A stretch of 64,000 nt of DNA, from positions 1,408,001 to 1,472,000 of the forward strand of contig CAXXOU010000004.1 in NCBI GenBank assembly GCA_963677495.2, read 5' to 3'. Positions 33,257-43,272 of this stretch are shown in pieces; the first letter of the stretch is position 1; each line of letters opens with the position of its first letter. This DNA is from Candidatus Cloacimonadales bacterium. GTDB taxonomy: Bacteria; Cloacimonadota; Cloacimonadia; Cloacimonadales; JAFGVF01. A model generated the notes under the pieces. It did no database searches. It was not told the DNA's origin and saw only the letters and a program-made list of their open reading frames with translations. The position numbers and the translations under genes were made by a program.

Positions 33257-34678
33257 TTAAACATTATAGTACAAGTTCATTTCGTATGGATGAGGTCGAT
33301 TATTTACCTGATTTACTTCTTTCATTTTCTCATTGATATGACTTTCAATAAGATCTTTATTGAAAACATCTCCAGCAAGTAAGTAATCATGATCTTCTTT
33401 AAGAGCTTCTAAAGCTTCTTCGAGATTAGCTGGTACTGAGCTGAGAGTAGCTTTCTTATCTTCTGGCCATGCAAATATATTGTCATCATATGGACCGAAG
33501 TTGAAGTCAGCAGGATTATATTTGTTCTTAATACCATCAAGTCCTGCCATAAGAAGAGCACTCATAGCAAGGTATGGATTACAAGTTGCATCACCTGTTC
33601 TAAATTCAAATCTCTTTGTATCTTCTTCAGTTGCATATTTAGGTATTCTGATACAAGCACTTCTGTTCGCTAAACCAAAGAATAGTTTAACAGGTGCTTC
33701 GAAACCAGGCAACAATCTCTTATATGAGTTTGTACTTGGGTTTGTAAAAGCACAGATAGAACGTCCATGTTTCAGGATACCAGCCATAAACCAGATAGCT
33801 TCATCAGAAAGATCAGCATATCCACCTTTGTTCCAGAATATATTCTTACCATCTTTCTTAAGCATCATATGGAAATGCATTCCGTTTCCTGCTTCATTAT
33901 AGATAGGCTTAGGCATGAATGTAGCTGTTGCACCATATTCTAATGCAACACGTCTGATAAGGTCTTTGATGACTTTTGTATCATCACAGATTTTTGGGAA
34001 AGGTAAAAGCTCTGTTTCAATCTCTTGTTGTGAGCCAAGACCAACTTCATGATGATGATAACGGATAGCAATACCCATATCTTCGCAATAATTAACAACT
34101 TCCTCTCTTAAGTCAAAGAAACTATCAAATGGATCATCCATGTGATAACCTTTCACATCCTGTTGTGAAAGACCTTGTGTATCTTCAATATCCATGCTCA
34201 TAGCTTTCTTCTCTTCTGATGAAGAGATAGAGAAACCAGCTTGATACTGGTCATTTGTATATTCTACTGAATCAAACAGATGGAACTCAAACTCAGGAGT
34301 CCAAAGAGATGTATCAGCGATACCTGTAGATAAAAGATAATCATGAGCTCTTTTAGCTACACTGCGTGGGTCTTTCTTAACACCAATGCGTGTATCTGCA
34401 TCACAAATAGAACAGATAAGTCTAAGAGTTGGGTTATCTCTAAGTGGGTCAAGATGAGCTGAAGTGATATCCGGCATAAGAACCATATCTCCAGCTTCTA
34501 CTGATTTCATTCCCGGTATACTTGATCCGTCAAAAGGTACACCATACTTTAAAACATTCTCCAAGCGTCTAGCCGGGAAAGTGATATGATACCAAGAACC
34601 TTCCAGACCTACGTACTTAAGGTCTATTGTCTTAAGGGAACCGTTCTCAATCATCTCTTTAATTTGATCTAAGGTCAT
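33257..34678 (-). CDS. glnA: Glutamine synthetase type I
   Basis: FDGSSI, HHHEVG, ATFMPKP, NGMHFH, NSYKRLLPGFEAP, NRSACIRIP. Confidence 0.96.
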   Translation of the reverse strand: MTLDQIKEMIENGSLKTIDLKYVGLEGSWYHITFPARRLENVLKYGVPFDGSSIPGMKSVEAGDMVLMPDITSAHLDPLRDNPTLRLICSICDADTRIGVKKDPRSVAKRAHDYLLSTGIADTSLWTPEFEFHLFDSVEYTNDQYQAGFSISSSEEKKAMSMDIEDTQGLSQQDVKGYHMDDPFDSFFDLREEVVNYCEDMGIAIRYHHHEVGLGSQQEIETELLPFPKICDDTKVIKDLIRRVALEYGATATFMPKPIYNEAGNGMHFHMMLKKDGKNIFWNKGGYADLSDEAIWFMAGILKHGRSICAFTNPSTNSYKRLLPGFEAPVKLFFGLANRSACIRIPKYATEEDTKRFEFRTGDATCNPYLAMSALLMAGLDGIKNKYNPADFNFGPYDDNIFAWPEDKKATLSSVPANLEEALEALKEDHDYLLAGDVFNKDLIESHINEKMKEVNQVNNRPHPYEMNLYYNV

Positions 34679-34702
34679 AATTCCTCCCTAAATATATTTT
34701 AT

Positions 34703-35356
34703 TTATAATCCTAACAATATCTGCATCAATCCCATAATCGCGTTATAAACGAACATTACCGGTGGTAACACAATGTAACTAAATATTGAAAAATTGAATA
34801 TACGGGATGCTATAATCAAGCCAATAAAGATTATCATCCCCTTTTTTTCCTGCATAGTATATTTAACATAAGCTTCATCTGACAGAAACATTCCCACTAC
34901 CTTTGAACCATCTAATGGAGGAAAAGGTATAAGATTAAAGAATGCCAAAAACAGATTAATAAGAATCAAGTTCTGCCAGAATTTTACTGCAGCCTGTGAG
35001 CCTATTAAACCAAACTTAATCAAAAGTGCAAAAACAAAAGCCATTATAAACGATATTGTTATGTTACAAACTGGTCCGGCTAAAGCTGTAAGTCCCATAT
35101 CTCGTTTATATGATTTGAAATTGTATGGGTTAACCGGTACAGGTTTAGCATAACCAAAAGCCATACCGGAAAAGGCATACATCAACAATGGTAGTATAAT
35201 TGTTCCGAAAGTATCAATATGCTTTAATGGATTTAAACTCAATCTTCCCTGTCTCTGTGCTGTGTCATCACCTAAGAGATGAGCCACAAAACCGTGACTT
35301 ATCTCATGTAAAATAATTGAGTATATGATAACAGCTACAAGCAGTATATTACTCAT
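34703..35356 (-). CDS. Site-2 protease (peptidase M50)
   Basis: HEISH, ALAGP, FNLIPFPPLDG. Confidence 0.93.
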   Translation of the reverse strand: MSNILLVAVIIYSIILHEISHGFVAHLLGDDTAQRQGRLSLNPLKHIDTFGTIILPLLMYAFSGMAFGYAKPVPVNPYNFKSYKRDMGLTALAGPVCNITISFIMAFVFALLIKFGLIGSQAAVKFWQNLILINLFLAFFNLIPFPPLDGSKVVGMFLSDEAYVKYTMQEKKGMIIFIGLIIASRIFNFSIFSYIVLPPVMFVYNAIMGLMQILLGL

Positions 35357-35358
35357 TC

Positions 35359-36561
35359 TTATCCTTTAATTAGTTTTGCAAAACGGCGTTTGCCAACTTT
35401 AAGAACCATTTCACCGTCCAATTTAACTACCTCATCCTTTGAAGTAATCTTATTACCATCTATAGATACAGCTCCTTGCTTAAGCATTCTACGAGCCTCT
35501 CCACCGGATGCACAAAGTTTTGTATCTGTTAATAAGGCTAAAATACTCATCTCATCTTCTTCAAAAGTGAATTCAGGCATATCAGTTGGGATTTTGCCCT
35601 GACTGAATACTGCATTAAACTCAGCTTCAGCTTGTTTGGCTACTTCTTCCCCATGGTACATTTTAACAATTTCGCGTGCAAGACGCTGCTTGATGAACTT
35701 GGGATTTGAACCTGATTTAAGCTCAGTTTCAATCTCCTTAATCTCATCAACGCTAAGCAGTGTTGCATAATTGAAGTAATTTACAATCATGTTATCCGGA
35801 ATAGACATTGTCTTTCCATATTTATCCTTCGGTGTGTCAAAAACTGCGATATAGTTGTTTAGAGATTTACTCATCTTATTCACACCATCAGTACCCATTA
35901 AGATTGGAGAAAGAACAGCTACCTGTTCCTCCATACCGAAGTACTTCTGCATATCACGGCCTGTAAGAATATTGAACTTTTGTTCAGTTGCTCCAAGCTC
36001 TACATCTGCTTCAATTGCTACTGAGTCGTAACCCTGAAGTACTGGATACATAATTTCATGCATTCCGAGTGGAGTACCGGTTTCATATCTTTTTCTGAAA
36101 GTGTCATGAGCCAGGAATTGAGCTAAAGTGAATTTACCAAGCATCTTCAAAACCTCTGCCATTCCCATTTCACCAAACCATTCACTCTGCCATCTTACTT
36201 CTGTTTTTTCAGGATCTAAAACTGTATATAGCTGTTCCATATATTTTGCAGCATTTGCTTTCACTTGCTCTGCAGTAAGTGGAGGACGTGACTCATCTTT
36301 TCCGGTTGGATCACCAATTTGGGCAGTGAAATCACCAATAATGATTACACCCACGTGTCCTAAATCTTGGAACTCTCGCATCTTTCTGATTGGTACAAGG
36401 TGACCAATATGAACATCTGAGCCTGTAGGGTCAATACCATACTTAATTCTTAATGGTTTATTTTCTTTAGCTGATTTCTCTAACTTCTTAATAAGTTCCG
36501 CTTTAGGAACTATCTCTTCAACACCTTTCATTATAATCTGCATCTCTTTATCAAATGCCAT
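35359..36561 (-). CDS. tyrS: Tyrosyl-tRNA synthetase
   Basis: GIDPT, HIGH, YPVLQGYDS, KMSKS, C-terminal S4 domain. Confidence 0.97.
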   Translation of the reverse strand: MAFDKEMQIIMKGVEEIVPKAELIKKLEKSAKENKPLRIKYGIDPTGSDVHIGHLVPIRKMREFQDLGHVGVIIIGDFTAQIGDPTGKDESRPPLTAEQVKANAAKYMEQLYTVLDPEKTEVRWQSEWFGEMGMAEVLKMLGKFTLAQFLAHDTFRKRYETGTPLGMHEIMYPVLQGYDSVAIEADVELGATEQKFNILTGRDMQKYFGMEEQVAVLSPILMGTDGVNKMSKSLNNYIAVFDTPKDKYGKTMSIPDNMIVNYFNYATLLSVDEIKEIETELKSGSNPKFIKQRLAREIVKMYHGEEVAKQAEAEFNAVFSQGKIPTDMPEFTFEEDEMSILALLTDTKLCASGGEARRMLKQGAVSIDGNKITSKDEVVKLDGEMVLKVGKRRFAKLIKG

Positions 36562-36668
36562 TTTAAACCTTCTCTTATATATTTTCTCTAGCTTGTCACA
36601 AAAATCTACTAAATTCTAATTTGTCAAATAGTTTGCAGAGATAATGAATTTGGATTATTTTGGACAAT

Positions 36669-36692
36669 AAAAAAAAGGGGCTTTTGCCCCTT
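36669..36692 (-). terminator. Terminator of the small lipoprotein gene
   Basis: A-run then aaggggc-tttt-gcccctt. Confidence 0.7.
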
Positions 36693-36715
36693 AAAAAACA
36701 ATAATACGTAATATA

Positions 36716-37027
36716 CTAATCTATATAGTCAATTGCAATTCCTGACATCTTATATCTGTATGATTTTCCGAAAAAACCTGGTTTCTCATAAGAATCAATA
36801 ACAATGTTTACTACATCGTCTGCTTCTGGATACTCTTTTTTTGCTTCCTTAAGTAACAATGTATAACCGGATTTATCAACCTTTTTCTTTGTTTCTACTC
36901 GTCCTAGAATCTTATACTTGCTTCCATCAGCAGGAAATTGAGTAGAAGCAGTTAACGGTCTATATGTAGAGCACCCTACAATTAGCAAAACAACAACTGA
37001 GATTAACATTAACATACCTTTTTTCAT
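36716..37027 (-). CDS. Small lipoprotein of unknown function
   Basis: Lipobox IVGC; ADDVVNIVID; RBS GGAGG before ATG 37027. Confidence 0.75.
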   Translation of the reverse strand: MKKGMLMLISVVVLLIVGCSTYRPLTASTQFPADGSKYKILGRVETKKKVDKSGYTLLLKEAKKEYPEADDVVNIVIDSYEKPGFFGKSYRYKMSGIAIDYID

Positions 37028-37178
37028 ACATACCTCCATATATTAGATGAGTTATTTTGCTGTTAGCTAATTAACAAGTCAACATTTATCTCTACATTTT
37101 ACATTTTACAAAATTCTTGACTAAAAAGCAATCAATCAAAATGTTGGGCAAATAGTTAGAAACTTAAGGAGTATATTA

Positions 37179-37358
37179 ATGGCTAAGAACCACCGTGGTA
37201 AATTATTAAGAACTACAGTTCAGGGCTCAGGAAGAGGCAAATGCCCATCTTGTGGAAGAACTGGAATCAAACTTCTTCATGAAGTTAAAGCAGGCGAAAA
37301 AACTGTAATGGTTTGCAAAAACTGTCGTAACATTGATGGAGCTAAATTAGCTGAGTAA
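37179..37358 (+). CDS. 59-aa basic zinc-ribbon protein (not in ORF track; ribosomal-protein-like)
   Basis: Translated by hand: MAKNHRGKLLRTTVQGSGRGKCPSCGRTGIKLLHEVKAGEKTVMVCKNCRNIDGAKLAE; RBS TAAGGAG; own terminator. Confidence 0.85.
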   Translation: MAKNHRGKLLRTTVQGSGRGKCPSCGRTGIKLLHEVKAGEKTVMVCKNCRNIDGAKLAE

Positions 37359-37384
37359 GCTGATTCCATAATATAGTTTTTTTG

Positions 37385-37410
37385 AACCGTTCAGCTGAAC
37401 GGTTTTTTTT
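37385..37410 (+). terminator. Rho-independent terminator
   Basis: aaccgttcag/ctgaacggtt followed by a T-run. Confidence 0.8.
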
Positions 37411-37594
37411 ATTCCCCTAACTCCTCTTTTTCAATTCCTATTTAATCAAATCTAATTTTTACTATCATAAGCTATTGAACATCAACTTATTTTGCTCAGT
37501 ACAATCACATTTTTAGATTCAAAACATCATTATTGTTTGACAATTAAATACAGATTAGCAGATTTAGCGAAACTGTTTATAATGAGGGGAAATC

Positions 37595-37942
37595 ATGAAC
37601 CGTAAACTTGCATACTGTGGATTAGATTGTCATGAATGTGACGCATATAAAGCAACTATGAATAATGATGATGAGCTGAGAGAAAAGCTTGCAGAGATTT
37701 GGTCTAAAAACAGTGGTATGGAAATCGATCCTGCCGACATAAGCTGTTCCGGTTGCAAAAGTAACGGAGTTCAAATAGGCTTTTGTGGAGAATGCACTAT
37801 TAGGCATTGTGCAATAAAAAAGGGATTAGATAACTGCGCTTTCTGTGAGTCATTTAAGTGTGAAGAGTTGGAACAATTTCATCAAAATCTTCCTGCAAAA
37901 GCACGCGAGAATCTTGAGCTTTTAATAACAGAACTTAAGTAA
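37595..37942 (+). CDS. DUF3795-like Cys-rich protein
   Basis: CGLDCHEC, CSGC, C.IRHCA, CAFC..F.C. Confidence 0.85.
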   Translation: MNRKLAYCGLDCHECDAYKATMNNDDELREKLAEIWSKNSGMEIDPADISCSGCKSNGVQIGFCGECTIRHCAIKKGLDNCAFCESFKCEELEQFHQNLPAKARENLELLITELK

Positions 37943-38197
37943 TTTTCTTTTAATTAGTTAGCAAACTAACGCAATCCCAAAAAAATAAATCATATATTTA
38001 TGATAATCATGTTGACAAAAGATACTCACTCAAAACAATGCGTTCAAATCGTTTTTTCGATTTTATATAGTAGTGCCTCATCTTTGATTCTTCATTGCTG
38101 AGTGGGAGCCTTCACCATTAACTGATGGCATCATATGCAACTTTCTCCCGGGACTTGCGTTTGATTATAATTACCGGGATGATTCAAGGATTTCCAG

Positions 38198-38485
38198 ATG
38201 AATATTTATGTAGGAAATATTTCTTACAGACTTTCAGAAGCTGACTTACAAGAAGCTTTTGAAGCGTATGGTGCAGTAGACTCAGCTCGCATCATTACTG
38301 ACCACGACGGCAGATCAAAAGGTTTCGGCTTTATTGAAATGGCTGACGACGATGCTGCTAAAAAAGCAATTGAAGAAATGAATGGTAAAGAACTTAGTGG
38401 CCGCAGACTTACTGTTAATGAAGCTAGACCTCGTCCAGAGCGTAATAGCTACAGAGGCGGTAACGGTGGCGGTAGAAGATATTAG
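38198..38485 (+). CDS. RRM (RNP-1) RNA-binding protein
   Basis: IYVGNI (RNP2), KGFGFIEM (RNP1), Gly/Arg-rich tail. Confidence 0.95.
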   Translation: MNIYVGNISYRLSEADLQEAFEAYGAVDSARIITDHDGRSKGFGFIEMADDDAAKKAIEEMNGKELSGRRLTVNEARPRPERNSYRGGNGGGRRY

Positions 38486-38505
38486 ATTCTTTTAGAGCTA
38501 TCACA

Positions 38506-38538
38506 ATATACCCAATCACTCGATTGGGTATTTTTTTT
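38506..38538 (+). terminator. Rho-independent terminator
   Basis: atacccaatc-actc-gattgggtat followed by a T-run. Confidence 0.85.
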
Positions 38539-38790
38539 GCTCGAAAACACTTCCGATAATCAGCTAACATCAAATTTAATCCAATTATAATGTTTTCTTA
38601 CTATCAAAATTATTATCGCTTATGTGATATACGATTCTAGGATATTACCCAGTATGTTTTACTACAAATTACGCTCATTTCCGGTCACCTGTGCAAGTTA
38701 AAGAACATGGGGATTTGGAACAATAATTCGAGCTTCACACTTCACCGAGCTTCTTTTCGTCGTAATAGTGACTGTGAATATTCACTTACT

Positions 38791-39392
38791 CAGCGCCTTT
38801 TTCAATAACTTAGCTATATTTACTGCCCTTTTTACTCTCTTTTACTGCACTTTTCACCAACGCACTGTGTCTGCACTGTGCACGCACTGTGAAGGCACTG
38901 CCAACCCACTGTTTCACCGGGTGCACAGTGCGTGCACAGTGGGAAAACAGTGGGATGATTGCGTATTTATGGATAGTTTAGTAATAGCGAGAAGCAATAC
39001 TACCTTGAAAATGGTCCTAAGACCTTTTCAATGGTGCTCTGTATTGTAAATCAATTCACCCTTGGTCGATTTCCCTGTACCGAGAATCTACGACCCCATT
39101 AGGGTCGGCATTTTGTTGTATATCTAACCATAGGTTTGCACCTATGGCTAATTGAACTTATACCTCTTCGAGGTAGGCATTATCCCAGCGATGCAAGTCC
39201 GAGTTTATGTGACCAGACAAACCGACACAGTCGGTTAAATCCATATATGGACTGCATCAACTGAGTAGATGCAACTGCAAGATGACTTAGGAAGAAGTGA
39301 TTCGCAACGAAGTACGAATCGCTAATTCCGGAACTCGAAGCAAGATTCGTTCTCGCGTCACACTATCGTTGCGACGCAAGTCCGAGGTTACA
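38791..39392. repeat. Second copy of the composite dispersed repeat block plus REP-like hairpins
   Basis: Matches modules at 12904-13180 in a different order; hairpins cgaccc-catta-gggtcg, ccataggt-ttgc-acctatgg, tacctc-ttc-gaggta. Confidence 0.8.
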
Positions 39393-39639
39393 GGATCTGA
39401 CTTGCTAATTCCTAAAAATACCCCAAAAGCTCTCATTTATTAACCAAAATCCAAAAACCGTAAGCTACGTATAGTAGAGGGGTCTCAATATGTACCTCTT
39501 TATGAATGTAGATATCGCCCATAGAAACTCTCTTCTAATCTGACACTTTACTCATTGAAACTTGGTAAATACTCAAAGAAATGCAAGAGCAAAACTGAAA
39601 TGCCTTATTCGTAAGGAATAGTAAATGAGGGGTTAAGAC

Positions 39640-39725
39640 AGAAAAAGATAAAAAAAAGGGAAAAAGATGCGATTTGCGAGAGTAAAAAACGGCTTTGCGA
39701 GAGGTATATATAGTAGAGGGATAAA
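39640..39725 (+). promoter_or_regulatory. Conserved upstream element of the 150-aa paralog family
   Basis: A-tract + GGG, tttgcgagag twice (39673, 39694), TATATAGTAGAGGGA; same layout on the minus strand at 58450-58528. Confidence 0.5.
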
Positions 39726-39754
39726 ATTTTCACTAAAAGAAAAGGAGAAGAACC

Positions 39755-40207
39755 ATGAAAGCAAAAATGTATAAGTGGCTTAGGAATCTGGTTGGTAAAT
39801 TAGACGGACTTGTTTATTACAACGACCAGGTTATGGGTGAAGTTTTGGTTCGAGATTATGTAGAACCAACAAGAAGTGCAAGTAACGATAGACTTGGAAG
39901 AAACTCACTAAATATCAAACAATTCTACAGTAGTTGTAGCGAAGCATATCTGCGAGATCTTGGGATCTATGCCGTGATGATGAATCTTAGTCATATCCAA
40001 ACAGGACATAAGCTGAATCGCTATACCATGCTTACCAAGCTTCTGTATAAGCTCAAGAAGCTATATCCTGAAATTGATTTGGGTACGCTGACTCCTGAAG
40101 ATGTTGTGAATCAAAGCTATCCCATCGATTCTGTCCTGCATGCCATTATGAGTGGTATACTTGAACCTGTTACCGGTTTCCAGAATCTGGATAATGAGAT
40201 TTTGTAG
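39755..40207 (+). CDS. 150-aa hypothetical protein, paralog of 57698-58150
   Basis: RBS AAGGAG; colinear similarity to the second copy (LVGK...LV.Y, SE.Y..DL..YA, IDL.T.TPE). Confidence 0.8.
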   Translation: MKAKMYKWLRNLVGKLDGLVYYNDQVMGEVLVRDYVEPTRSASNDRLGRNSLNIKQFYSSCSEAYLRDLGIYAVMMNLSHIQTGHKLNRYTMLTKLLYKLKKLYPEIDLGTLTPEDVVNQSYPIDSVLHAIMSGILEPVTGFQNLDNEIL

Positions 40208-41063
40208 TGCAACCGTAGTGCGAGTGTATCCGCTTACACAATGGTTTTCGTAGTGCAAGTGTCCTCACTTGCTCATAGCTCAATAGAGCTATAACCGGGA
40301 AGCTTATCGTGCTCAGTAACTAGTATGACTTGTTTATTCATAAACTAATCACTACGTTTGAACGGATGATTTCTAAATCTGGGTCAGTGGAAGATGCCAA
40401 CGATGTTGGCACAGCAACTCAGGAGAGTCGCAGTACAATCGTAGTGCGAGTGTCCCCACTTGCACATAGCTCGATAGAGCTATAACCGGGAAGCTGATCG
40501 TGTTCAGTAACTAGTATTGACTTGTATATTCATAAACTTATCTCTACGTTTGAACTTACGTTTTTCAAGTTCCGGTCAGTGGAAATTGCCGACTGTGTCG
40601 GCACAGCAACTCAGGAGAGTCGCAGTACAATCGTTTTGGTCAGTGGAAGATGCCAACGATGTTGGCACAGCAACTCGGGAGAGTTGCAGTACAATTGTAG
40701 TGCAAGTGTCCTCACTTGCTCATAGCTCGATTGAGCTATAACCGGGAAGCTTATCGTGTTCAGTAACTAGTATGACTTGTATATTCATAAACTAATCTCT
40801 ACGTTTGAACGGATGATTTCTAAATCTGGGTCAGTGGAAGATGCCGACTGTGTCGGCACAGCAACTCGGGAGAGTCGCAGTACAATTGTAGTGCGAGTGT
40901 CCCCACTTGCACATAGCTCGATAGAGCTATAACCGGGAAGCTGATCGTGTTCAGTAACTAGTATGACTTGTATACTTAACTCTACGTTAGAATTTATTGT
41001 TTTTAAGTTTTGTCAATGGCATTTTAAATTGGTACAGTTTGGCATTTAAAAATGGTACAGTCT

Positions 41064-41795
41064 TCATTTTTGAAAATTCCTTAGTCTAAAGCTATCTCCG
41101 AGCATTGTAATTGGTTGTGAGTGATGGAGTAATCTATCAAGAATAGCAGTTGCTATCACATTGTCGTTAAAAATAGCTCCCCATTCATTAAACAACCTAT
41201 TCGATGTTATGATTACTGATCTAAATTCGTATAAGAGATGGATGAGTCTAAAGAACAGATTAGCTGCCTTTGTCTGGAGAGGAAGATACCCCATCTCATC
41301 TATAACTATCAGATCATTCTTGGCTATATTGCTTAGATATTTATCTATGTTGTTATCTGCTTCAGCTAGTACAAGTTCTTCGATAAGGTTGTTCAGATTA
41401 TAAAACACCACCTTATAGCCTGCCTTTATTGCTTCATAACTGAGTGCTGTTGCAACATGAGTCTTACCTACTCCCGGAGGTCCCATTAAAATTATATTCC
41501 TCCTCTGCTCCAGCCAGACAAAGTTCTTCCACTCCTTTACTTGTCTTTTGGTTATTACTTGTTGATAAGCATAGTCGAACTCATCAAAGGTCTTTATTAC
41601 CGGGATGTGAGCCTGTTTAAGTCTTCTGTTGATATTGGTTTGATTCCTTCCTGAGTTCTCTTTTTCAAATAGATAATGTACGAACTCCAGATAAGTCATA
41701 TTCTGTTTCTCTGCTTCTAAAACTGCACTTTCAAGAGTATTCAAAATATGAGTACAACGAGCCCTTTTGATGTATGTTTTAGTTATCTCTATCAT
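41064..41795 (-). CDS. istB: IS21 helper AAA+ ATPase IstB
   Basis: GPPGVGKTHVA, IDEMGY, IITSN, AILDRLLHH, GDSFR. Confidence 0.96.
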   Translation of the reverse strand: MIEITKTYIKRARCTHILNTLESAVLEAEKQNMTYLEFVHYLFEKENSGRNQTNINRRLKQAHIPVIKTFDEFDYAYQQVITKRQVKEWKNFVWLEQRRNIILMGPPGVGKTHVATALSYEAIKAGYKVVFYNLNNLIEELVLAEADNNIDKYLSNIAKNDLIVIDEMGYLPLQTKAANLFFRLIHLLYEFRSVIITSNRLFNEWGAIFNDNVIATAILDRLLHHSQPITMLGDSFRLRNFQK

Positions 41796-41796
41796 C

Positions 41797-43272
41797 TTAT
41801 AACACCTTCATGTAGTCATCTAATGAGCGCTCTATTAATGAACTCTCTGAGTCTTGTTGTGGTTCTGATTCTGATAATTCATTTAGCTTCATTTGTCTTA
41901 CTTTTGCATTCAGAAGCTTCTCTATGGCTGTTGCCTTTACATGCGAAAGAGTCATTACCTCAGGAAGCACTGACTCCCATACATCTGTTTCATAGTTACG
42001 CTTAAACTTGCTTAAGGCTCTCAACTGATCCCTTGCTATTTTAGGGTTATCATTAACAAGCCTCTGGATTAGTTCTTCTCCTTGGATATATTCACTCATC
42101 TCATCCTTTACTCGCTCAATAAGCTCTTGTAGCACTACCGTAAAATCCCGATAATGATTAGTGTTTTTGATGATTTTGCCTTTTTCTGTGCATAGCTCAT
42201 GTTGGCAGATTTCCTTTCTTGTATAAATATCCATCACCACTAAAGTGCTCTTTTCTTTTTGCACATATACCTGTTTTCGCTGATACTCTAATGGAACAGA
42301 GTACTTATTACCCTCATACGAGATTAAGCCTGTTTTATCTGCATTACGAACTTCTAAAGTGAAGATAAACTCTGGAATATCTTTTAGCTTTAACCTCTCT
42401 TCTTGCCATACTTCTGATGGTACTTTACGGGTTGTGCCATGGGTTCTGCCGTTAAAGTGTAAAAGCCACTCAAGTCCGCGTGAACGCAGGTCTGCCAGGT
42501 CTTTGAACTCTTTGCCATACATAAAGCCATGCTTTACTTCTGAGACATTACGCTCTACTTTACCCTTGCTTTGTGGATCATAGCCTTCGCATACATGAGG
42601 ATGAAAGCCCGTTTTTGCTGCAAACTGATGGAACTGATTATTTAAGATTACTTCCCGATAGCGTTCCTGTATTACTACAAGCTTTGTCTGGTCGTAAACA
42701 CACTCTGAAGGGATACCTTCAAAATAGATAAAAGCTTCACGATGAGCTTCAATAAACCTTGATGTGTTATATGGTGTTGTGCTCCAATGGACATAGCTTT
42801 GACGCGAGTGGGAAAGCACAAAAACTATAAAATAAACTCTTTGACGTTTATTACCCAAAACTACTTTCATCTCACCTGGATCAACTTGAACCTGAACACC
42901 GGGAGCCGTCTCGATAACTGCATAATTACGGTATTTATCGACAGGATAAGTCTGCTTTAGCTTACGAACAAAATCTCGGAAAGCTCTGTCTTTTGCTTTT
43001 ATCTCAGGGAACTTTTTCTTAACTTCTAAATATAGTACACTAGCTCTTAATCGTGGATATTTGCTAAGCCTTTCGCGGACATATTGCTCACATATGGCAA
43101 AACTGCTTTCACGAATGCTATTGTTTATTAGTTCCATGAACTCATCAAGTGTCATATTTATGTATTTACCTACTGTTGTCTTTGATAGAGACAACTCCTC
43201 TGCGATCTTACGCTGACTATGCCCTTGCTTATGCATAGTTTTTATTGAATGATACACTTCTACTCCAATCAT
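41797..43272 (-). CDS. istA: IS21 DDE transposase IstA
   Basis: N-terminal HTH; ETAPGVQVQVD, VYDQTK, SKGKVER, YSVP; start placed at ATG 43272. Confidence 0.95.
   Translation of the reverse strand: MIGVEVYHSIKTMHKQGHSQRKIAEELSLSKTTVGKYINMTLDEFMELINNSIRESSFAICEQYVRERLSKYPRLRASVLYLEVKKKFPEIKAKDRAFRDFVRKLKQTYPVDKYRNYAVIETAPGVQVQVDPGEMKVVLGNKRQRVYFIVFVLSHSRQSYVHWSTTPYNTSRFIEAHREAFIYFEGIPSECVYDQTKLVVIQERYREVILNNQFHQFAAKTGFHPHVCEGYDPQSKGKVERNVSEVKHGFMYGKEFKDLADLRSRGLEWLLHFNGRTHGTTRKVPSEVWQEERLKLKDIPEFIFTLEVRNADKTGLISYEGNKYSVPLEYQRKQVYVQKEKSTLVVMDIYTRKEICQHELCTEKGKIIKNTNHYRDFTVVLQELIERVKDEMSEYIQGEELIQRLVNDNPKIARDQLRALSKFKRNYETDVWESVLPEVMTLSHVKATAIEKLLNAKVRQMKLNELSESEPQQDSESSLIERSLDDYMKVL

Noticed and set aside
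36562..36715. T-box leaders upstream of tyrS or ileS
   Set aside because: No T-box consensus or antiterminator seen; the leaders are short and AT-rich
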